From NCBI GenBank assembly GCA_951406725.2, contig OX597824.1, positions 26,474,001 through 26,538,000 on the forward strand: a stretch of 64,000 bases of DNA, read 5' to 3'. The notes under the pieces were generated by a model. That model made no database searches. It was not told the origin of the DNA and was given only the letters and a program-made list of their open reading frames with translations. Below are positions 55,651 to 64,000 of this stretch, piece after piece. Made by a program: the position numbers and the translations under genes. Position 1 is the first letter of the stretch. Every line of letters begins with the position of its first letter. Source of the stretch: Octopus vulgaris (taxonomy: Eukaryota).

Positions 55651-56250
55651 GATGAAGAAGAAGGGAAGAAGAAGGAGAAAAAGGAGAAGAGGATAATGAT
55701 GATGACATGGAGGAGGAAGAAGAAAAAGGAGAAATGAAGATGATGATGTAGTAGAAGAAGAACAAAAAAGAGGAGGAGGAGGAAAACAAGAAGATGACGA
55801 TGATGATGATTATGTAGAAGAAGAAAAATAGGAGGAGGAGGAGGAAAAGGAGGAGAAGAAAAAGAAGAAGAAGAAGAAGATGATGATGATGATGATGATG
55901 ATGATAATGATGATGATGATGATGAAAATATTGAAAAAGGAGGTGGAGGAAGAAGAAGAAGAAGAAAAGGACGAAGAAGTGGAAGAGGAAGAGGAAGCGG
56001 AAGGAGAAGAAAAGGAAGAAGAAGAAGAAGAAGAAAAGGAAGAAGAAGAAGAAGAAGAAGGAAGAAGAAGAAGAAGAAAAGGAAGAAGAAGAAAAGAAAG
56101 AAGAAGAAGAGGAAGAAGGAGAAGAAGAAAAGGAAGAAGGAGAGGAGGGAGAAGAAGAAGAGGAAGAGGAGTAGAAGAAAAGGAAGAAGAGGAAGAAGAA
56201 CGAGAAAAAATTAGGAGGAGGAGGAGGAGGAAAAAGAAGATGATGATTAT
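52400..56250. repeat. ~3.9-kb block of compound trinucleotide repeats (GAT, AAT, AAC, GAA/TTC, GGT)
   Basis: Direct inspection; the ORFs here are homopolymeric. Confidence 0.95.
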
Positions 56251-56257
56251 GAAAATA

Positions 56258-56421
56258 ATGACCCCAGGACTTATTCTTTGTAAGTCTAGCACTTATTCTA
56301 TCGGTCCCTTTAGCCGAACCGCTAGGTTACGGGGATGTAAACACACCAGCATCGGTTGTCAAGCGATGTTTGGGGGGACACACAAACACACAAACGTATA
56401 CACACACACTCACACACACAT

Positions 56422-56463
<42 letters not shown>

Positions 56464-56627
56464 CGACGGCCTTCTTTCAGTTTCCGTCTACCAAATCCAC
56501 TCACAAGGCTTTGGTCGACCCGAGGCTAGAGTAGAAGACACTTGCCCAAGGTGCCACGTAAGTGGGACTGAACCCGGAACCCTGTGGTTCGTAAGCAAGC
56601 TACTTACCACACAGCCACGCCTACGCC
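56258..56627 (-). mobile_element. SINE family A
   Basis: Colinear with other copies; extreme 3' end missing. Confidence 0.9.
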
Positions 56628-56647
56628 TAATGATAATAAAAATATTA

Positions 56648-57090
56648 ATTTCAGATTTTGGCACTAGACCAGCAAGTTTGGGGAAGAGAATGAGTCGATT
56701 AAATCGACTCCAGTACTCAACTGGTACTTATTTTAACAAATCCTCAAAGGAAGAAAGGCAAAGTTGACCTCGGCGGAATTTGAACACTGAACCAAAAGAC
56801 GGACGAAAAGCAGTTGAGCATTTCATCCGGCGTGCTAACGATTCTGCCAGCTGGACGCCTTAATGACGATCATAATAATAATGATGGCTTCAAATTTTTC
56901 CTCAAGGGCAGCAATTTCTGGGGAAGGGCTTAAGTCGATTACACCGACCCCAGTGCTCAGCTGCTACTTATTGTAACTCACCCCGAAATGATGAAAGGCA
57001 AAGTTAACCTCGGCGGAATTTGAACTCCGAACGTAAAGACTGTCGAAATGCCGCTATACATTTTGCCCCGGCATGTGAACGATTCTGTTG
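56648..57090 (-). mobile_element. Two tandem SINE family B copies, tail type B
   Basis: aaagttgacctcggcggaatttgaac and aaagttaacctcggcggaatttgaac. Confidence 0.87.
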
Positions 57091-57104
57091 TCTTAATTAC
57101 TCAT

Positions 57105-57440
57105 TTACTCTCATTTACTTGTTTCAGTCTTTGTAAGCCTAGTACTTATTCTATAGGTCTTTTTTGCCGAACCGCTAAGTTTTGGGGACGTAAATACACC
57201 AGCATCGGTTGTGAAGCGATGTTGGGGGGGGGGCAAACACAACACACAAACATACACATATACATATATACGACGGGCTTCTTTCAGTTTCCGTCTACTA
57301 AATCCACTCACAAGGCATTGGTCGGCCCGAGGCTATAGTAGAAGACACTTGCCCAAGGTGCCACGCAGTGGGACTGAGACTGAACCGGAAACCATGTGGT
57401 TCGTAAGCAAGCTACTTAGCACAGAGCCACTCCTACGCCT
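57105..57440 (-). mobile_element. SINE family A with an internal deletion
   Basis: Colinear with other copies. Confidence 0.88.
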
Positions 57441-58102
57441 TAATGATAACAATATTAATAATAATAATATAGAAAGAAATCCAATTCTATATTTCCAATT
57501 GATTTATGGATCATAGCAATCGTTCTAACAATTAAAGGAGGCAAACTATCCAAGATTTGTCATTTCCAGTGTTAACCAAACAACCCAACCATGCACACCC
57601 CCATTTCGCTCTCTTCTTACCGTTCACTGGCGAGTCCAGCCGAGCCCAGCCAAACCCAGCCCAGCCCAGATAGCTATTTTCTCCCATTTCTCCCAGTGAT
57701 TGCCAAACGAAATCTTTCCTCATTACTAGAGCCGCAGAAAAATGGAGAACAGTACGTTCATGTTCTCTCATTTATCATCAGCGTCTCCTCTCGCCTCCTC
57801 CTCCTCCTAGATTTCCCCTCCTCACTTCACTTCCCGTTTCTCCTCCTCTTCCTCTTCCTCTTCCTCTTCCTCCTCCTCCTCCTCCTCCTCCTCGTCATCA
57901 TCACCACCGTCGCATCATCATCATCATCGTTGTCGCCATCTCATCACCATCATCATCATGATCAGGATCATCATGATCATGATCATCAGCATCATCAATA
58001 GCAGCAGCATTATCATCATCATCCCCATCATCATCATAATCATGATTAAAGATATACATCATCGTGATCACGATCATGATGATTCGGCACACAGTACATA
58101 CG

Positions 58103-58133
<31 letters not shown>

Positions 58134-58207
58134 GTATATATATACGTATATATATATATATATATATATATAAATTGGGAGACAGAGAGAGCGAAAGAGA
58201 AAGAGAG

Positions 58208-58268
<61 letters not shown>

Positions 58269-58454
58269 CCCAAATGTAGGTTCACAGATATAAAACTAAC
58301 TCTTTCGCATTCATATAATAACAGTTTGGATCTTAATTATAAAAAGAGTATGAAACCATTATTCTATGCTAATTTAGTTAATTTTGTCAAGCTTCCTTTT
58401 CAGTTTGTAAGATAGAAATTTAAATGTAATAAAATATTTTAAAAGAAATTTGAA

Positions 58455-58608
58455 GTGCAGGAGTGGCTGTGTGGTGAGTAGCTTGCTTACCAACCACATG
58501 GTTCCGGGTTCAGTCCTACTGCGTGGCACCTTGGGCAACTGTCTTCTACTATAGCTTCGGGCCTCGTGAGAGGATTTGGTAGACGGAAGCTGAAAGAAGC
58601 CTGTCGTA

Positions 58609-58683
<75 letters not shown>

Positions 58684-58882
58684 CTGTGTTTGGCCCCCTC
58701 CACCAACATCGCTTCACAAACGATGCTGGTGTGTTTACGTCCCTGTAACTTAGTGGTTCGACAAAAGTAACCAATAGAATAAGTACTAGGCTTACAAAGA
58801 ATAAGTCCTGGGATAGATTTGCTCGACTAAAGGCGGTGCTCTAGCATGGCCGCAGTCAAATAACTGAAACAAGTAAAAGAGT
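58455..58882 (+). mobile_element. SINE family A, full length
   Basis: Head gcaggagtggctgtgtgg through tail gaaacaagtaaaagag. Confidence 0.92.
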
Positions 58883-58958
58883 GCCTACGTGATAACTGTA
58901 AACCTACTTTTGGGCTACTTTGTATATATCTATATCTATATCTATATATATCTATCTA

Positions 58959-59009
<51 letters not shown>

Positions 59010-59013
<4 letters not shown>

Positions 59014-59521
59014 TGTTATATTTCGGAATGGTCATATTGCCAGTTTAGCCAATAAAAACACACGCACTATATATTTGGTGTTATTTTGCTTCAGTGATAT
59101 TTATTTTTTACATTAATCTTAATCTTATTTCGGCCAAAGTTCTTTCGTCACACTCCTGTGACCGCATCAGTGGTCCTTTGTTTTCTTCTCACTTACTTGT
59201 GTCTCTTCTTACTAACCGTCAGCCATTTTGTATTTCTATTGTAGAAATGCAAAATGGCTGACGGTTGTAGGAGAGACACAAGTAAGTGAGAAGAAAACAA
59301 AGGACCACTGATGCGGTCACAGGAGTGTGACGAAAGAACTTTGGCCGAAATAAGATTAAGATTAATGTAAAAAATAAATATCACTGAAGCAAAATAACAC
59401 CAAATATATAGTGCGTGTGTTTTTATTGGCTAAACTGGCAATATGACCATTCCGAAATATAACAATATCTGTTTCAACACACGACTTCACATAAAAAATC
59501 TTGCACAACAAATATTTAAAC

Positions 59522-59522
<1 letters not shown>
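59010..59522 (+). mobile_element. Near-perfect fold-back palindrome (~228-bp arms, 3-nt loop) plus 54-nt tail, in (TA)n; PLE pLTR-like
   Basis: 59010-59238 is the inverse of 59242-59468; tail is homologous to 17447-17500; hammerhead-like motif in each arm. Confidence 0.9.
59302..59346 (+). ncRNA. Variant minimal hammerhead-like motif (mirrored on the minus strand in the left arm)
   Basis: GGACCA CTGATGC G GTCACA ggag TGTGAC GAAA G AA C TT TGGCC; CUGAUGC instead of CUGAUGA. Confidence 0.55.
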
Positions 59523-59591
<69 letters not shown>

Positions 59592-59634
59592 ATATATGTA
59601 CAAAGTGAAGTTGTACCTTACAACTTCACATTGT

Positions 59635-59674
<40 letters not shown>

Positions 59675-59822
59675 TCACGATGTGCTGTAGCTACTGTTTA
59701 TAACTCGCTCTGAGATTTATTATTGCTTGTTTACACTTTTTCGATATCAGTGTCTATCGATACTGGAAAAAGGTATAAGTATTTGTGAAGGGAACCTACT
59801 TTTCATCGAGAACTGTGATTGT

Positions 59823-59867
59823 CATACGCCGATGACGGATCAATACCCAGAAACTCGAGTCCGTGTG
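59823..59867 (+). ncRNA. Minimal type I hammerhead motif inside a ~360-bp (TA)n-flanked element (59673-60033)
   Basis: CATACG CCGATGA cggatcaataccca GAAAC TCGA GTC CGTGTG; 6-bp stem I, palindromic stem III, GUC triplet; U4 mutated to C, weak stem II. Confidence 0.65.
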
Positions 59868-60032
59868 TATCATAAGTTGAAGACGGGAGGGATGGCCTCC
59901 CTTTGCAAACACTGATAGGGCACAGAAAGTGTGACTATAGCCAGCTGGAGGAGGTGTCCTCCTGGGCCTACAAACTGCAGTAGCATCCACCCTTAGGGGT
60001 TAGCCATATTTAAATGGCAAATATACGTCACG

Positions 60033-60057
<25 letters not shown>

Positions 60058-60064
<7 letters not shown>

Positions 60065-60249
60065 ATCACGTAACCGACCAGTCCATCAGATGTCGTTACA
60101 CATCGCTGGTCACAATGCGTTCGCATTGTTTTAGCCTTCGAATGACGCCACCCCGCTGGCTAAGCGAGCAGGCCAACAGACGAAAGAGTGAGAGAAAGAG
60201 TGGTGAAAGAGTACAGCAGGGATCACCACCCCCTGCCGGAGCGTCGTGT
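60058..60249 (-). mobile_element. SINE family D body with tail 2
   Basis: 60185-60249 matches 40365-40435; 60058-60185 matches 62222-62345. Confidence 0.82.
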
Positions 60250-60267
60250 ATATATATATATATATAT

Positions 60268-60497
60268 ATAACTTAGAATAACTTAGAAAGGTTTTGGCCA
60301 GTATTGGCCCAGGCCATGTCTAACTTAATAGCACCAGTTGGCGAAGTCTTTCAATTCAGGATTTGGGCACCAAGGCCCATTCGAGCAGAGAGTTATTGTT
60401 TGCGGAGACATATCCGGGTGTGGGTGGTTTGTCCGAGACTGTTTGAAGGAATTTGTCCAAAGACTTCTTGAAATTTGAAGCCACGGTTCTGTCCAGG
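60268..60497 (-). mobile_element. 3' end of a CR1-group LINE
   Basis: [30 protein letters not shown] resembles the FKxxLDxFLxxxPDxPxxPGY...NSL ORF2 C-terminus; tandem tail (TTCTAAGTTA)2. Confidence 0.7.
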
Positions 60498-60623
60498 GAA
60501 GAAGGGACAGACACGGCACCGCTCTCTTTCGGTGACGCCGCGTCGCCTGTGGCGGAACGGGAAGCGACGGCTAGCCAGTCCGTCACGCCGGCGGCGACGC
60601 GCCACGAGGTCAGCGGCGTAACC

Positions 60624-60972
<349 letters not shown>

Positions 60973-61269
60973 TACATGGGAAAATGTACGTAAATCTTCA
61001 TATATCAACGTAAGCAACGCTGACGTCAATCAGTTTCCACAAACAGCCAGAGACTGAAGGACGTCATCTGGGATGTTATTAAGAACCCCCTGAATCCGCA
61101 TCTCTAAGTCCTCAAATCTCTTGCACACATCTTTAGTGTAACCCCACTGAAATTATTAAATGGTTAAAGATATACTATTCCAGAAAGCACACACGGACGC
61201 GTAAAAAAAAAGTGCGTATATGAATACGTGTATATGTGTGAATGTGATAGCAATTTACTATCTGGTATA

Positions 61270-62072
61270 TACTCTTTTACTCTTTTACTTGTTTCAGTCA
61301 TTTGACTGAGGCCATGCTGGAGCACCGCCTTTAATCGAGCAACTCAACCCCGGGACTTATTCTTTTGTAAGCCCAGTACTTATTCTATCGGTCTCTTGTG
61401 CCGAACCGCTAAGTAACGGGGACACAAACACACCAGCATCGGTTGTCAAGCAATGCAAGGGGGACAAACAGACACACAAACACAACACACGCATACATAT
61501 ATATACACACACATATATACGACAGGCTTCTTTCAGATTCAGTCTACTAAATCCACTCACAAGGCTTTGGGCGGCCCGAGGCTATAGTAGAAGACACTTG
61601 CCCAATGTGCCAGGCAGTGGGACTGCACGCGGAACCATGTGGTTGGTAAACAAGCTACTTACCACACAGCCACTCCTGTGCCTATCATTATATCATTATA
61701 TCATTTATTTTTTTTAATCATTAGACTACAGCCATGCTAGAGTACTATCTTGAATGAATCGACCCCAGTATTAATATGATTTTAACCTGGTACTTACTCT
61801 GTCGGTACCTGTTACCGAACCTCTAAGTTACAGGGATGCAAACATAACAGCATCGGTTGTCAAGCTGTGGTGGAGGACAAACAGAGACTCGAAGACACAC
61901 ACACACACAATCGGCTGGCTTCTTTCAGTTTCCGTGTACCAAATCCACTCACAAGGCTTCGGTCGGTCCAAGGCTATAGTCGAAGACACTTGCCCAATGT
62001 GCTACGCAGTGGGACAGAACCCGGAACCATGTGGTTGGGAAGAAAGCTTCTTACTACATAGCCACGCCTGCA
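61270..62072 (-). mobile_element. Two tandem SINE family A copies (61270-61684 full; 61720-62072 diverged)
   Basis: Colinear with other copies. Confidence 0.9.
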
Positions 62073-62092
62073 TCTATAAAAAATGTAAATCG

Positions 62093-62145
<53 letters not shown>

Positions 62146-62221
62146 TACACACATATATATATATATGTATGTATATACATATATATATATATATACATAC
62201 ATACATATATATATATATATA

Positions 62222-62460
62222 TGATCACCGTGACCTACAAGGCTATCAGATGTTGCTGCACATCGCTGGTCACAATGCACTTCACACAGTTTTAGCCTCC
62301 AAATGACGCCAGCCCGCTGGCTAAGCGAGCAGACCAACAGAAGAAAGCCTCTGTAGGTATTTCCGCTCAATAAACACTCACAACGCCCGGTCTGGGAATT
62401 GAAACCGCGATCTTACGACCACGAGTCCGCTGCCCTAACCGCTTGGCCATTGTGCCTCCA
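62222..62460 (-). mobile_element. SINE family D head with tail 2, internally deleted
   Basis: Head is the inverse of 40253-40360; tail matches 60058-60185. Confidence 0.85.
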
Positions 62461-62469
62461 ATATGTATG

Positions 62470-62752
<283 letters not shown>

Positions 62753-62759
62753 CATAATG

Positions 62760-63000
62760 AGAAATTATAAAAAATCAGAAGACGGAGACGGGTGTGTTAA
62801 CGAGAAACAGATGTATTAGTTTAACGTTCCGGAAGTGAAAAAGTCTTTTGCGTTTCGAGCCTACGCTTTTCGACAGAAAGGAACACGGAAATAAACAGGG
62901 AGAGAAGATAGAAAAAGGCTTCGTGGCTAGCGATCTATCATGGCGAATGCCGGACAGAAGGGTCACATAGGAGAGCTGGGAAGAAGGGGAGATAATAAAG
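62760..63000 (-). mobile_element. Second copy of the small pLTR-like repeat, with degenerate hammerhead (62844-62881)
   Basis: Minus strand CTTT CTGTCGA A AAGC gtag GCTC GAAAC GCA AAAG; 3' end abuts (TA)n. Confidence 0.65.
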
Positions 63001-63071
63001 TAGTGATATACATACATATATGCACACACACACATATATGTATATATGTATACGTGTATATGTGTATGTAT

Positions 63072-63590
63072 AAATAAATATAAGAGAGTGGTCACTATAT
63101 TGATCACTCTAGCACCAGTTAATCCAAAGGTTTCAACCACGAAAATACATGTTTCCCATGAAAGCCAGTACGACTGTTAGCTCACACGGACAGGGCAAAT
63201 AAAAAATAACAAAAATACAGATTATTTTGGGACAATTGTTTCGCTATTAATGAATTAAATGTAATATAAATGTAAATTCATTAATAGCGAAACAATTGTC
63301 CCAAAATAATCTGTATTTTTGTTATTTTTTATTTGCCCTGTCCGTGTGAGCTAACAGTCGTACTGGCTTTCATGGGAAACATGTATTTTCGTGGTTGAAA
63401 ACCTTTTGATTAACTGGTGCTAGAGTGATCAATATAGTGACCACTCTCTTATATTTATTTTGTGAAAATATTATAATATGTTATAAAATATTATAATAAT
63501 CCAGGTTTCTCGTAGCACTAGGCCACTTGGTGTGGAATAAATATACTATTAAATTAGTATCTAATTCTCTCACCCTTATTAATTAATTAT
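63072..63590 (+). mobile_element. Near-perfect fold-back palindrome (~185-bp arms, 18-nt loop) plus ~130-nt tail; PLE pLTR-like
   Basis: 63072-63256 is the inverse of 63275-63460 (about one substitution and one indel); GC GAAAC AATT GTC next to the loop is the 3' half of a hammerhead. Confidence 0.85.
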
Positions 63591-64000
63591 GTGTATGTAT
63601 ATATATATCTATATCTATCTATGTATCTCTCTCTCTCTCTGTATATATATTGTTTTTTTTATTATTGTTTCATGTTTCAGCCCAAAGGCTGTGGCGATGC
63701 TGGAGCACCACCAGTGTTAAAAAAAATGCATCCTGGCAATTTCAAAGATTTCTTTTTTTACATTTGCTTTGCTCCAGCATGGCCACAGCCTTTGGGATGA
63801 AACACACAAAAGAATGAAAAGAATATAAATATATTTATATACATACGTGTGTTTGTGTGCATGTGCATACGTAAATAAGCATATATACTCGCACATGCAT
63901 AATGCAATACCGAAAAATGACCTATAACGTAAAAATATAAACGGATATGTAGCTGGCACGATTTTGAGTTGGGATTTCAACGAGCACGTGTTTGGTTACT

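Noticed and set aside
55880-56767. Longest ORF in the window (295 aa)
   Set aside because: Chance read-through of (GAT)/(GAA) repeats into antisense SINE A and SINE B

Overview
AT-rich, microsatellite-saturated eukaryotic DNA with no intact host gene. The repeat families suggest a cephalopod (octopus-like) genome; this is inference from pattern recognition, not a database result. Nearly all supplied ORFs are translations of simple repeats or SINEs. The real content is mobile DNA: three decayed mariner transposons, a Tc1 (DD34E) relic, two DD41D-like relics, a TTAA-flanked piggyBac-type MITE, fragments of RTE, CR1-like and Dong/R4 LINEs, more than 30 copies or fragments of four tRNA-headed SINE families, and many Penelope-like element (PLE) remnants. 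The most interesting signal is about ten minimal type I hammerhead ribozyme motifs in small elements, mostly embedded in (TA)n. These include one canonical hammerhead inside a terminally redundant 343-bp unit (retrozyme/circRNA candidate, 15214-15670) and several long fold-back palindromes with a shared 'inverted arm + arm + unique tail' architecture. A possible decayed kinase-like last exon lies at 132-385 on the minus strand.
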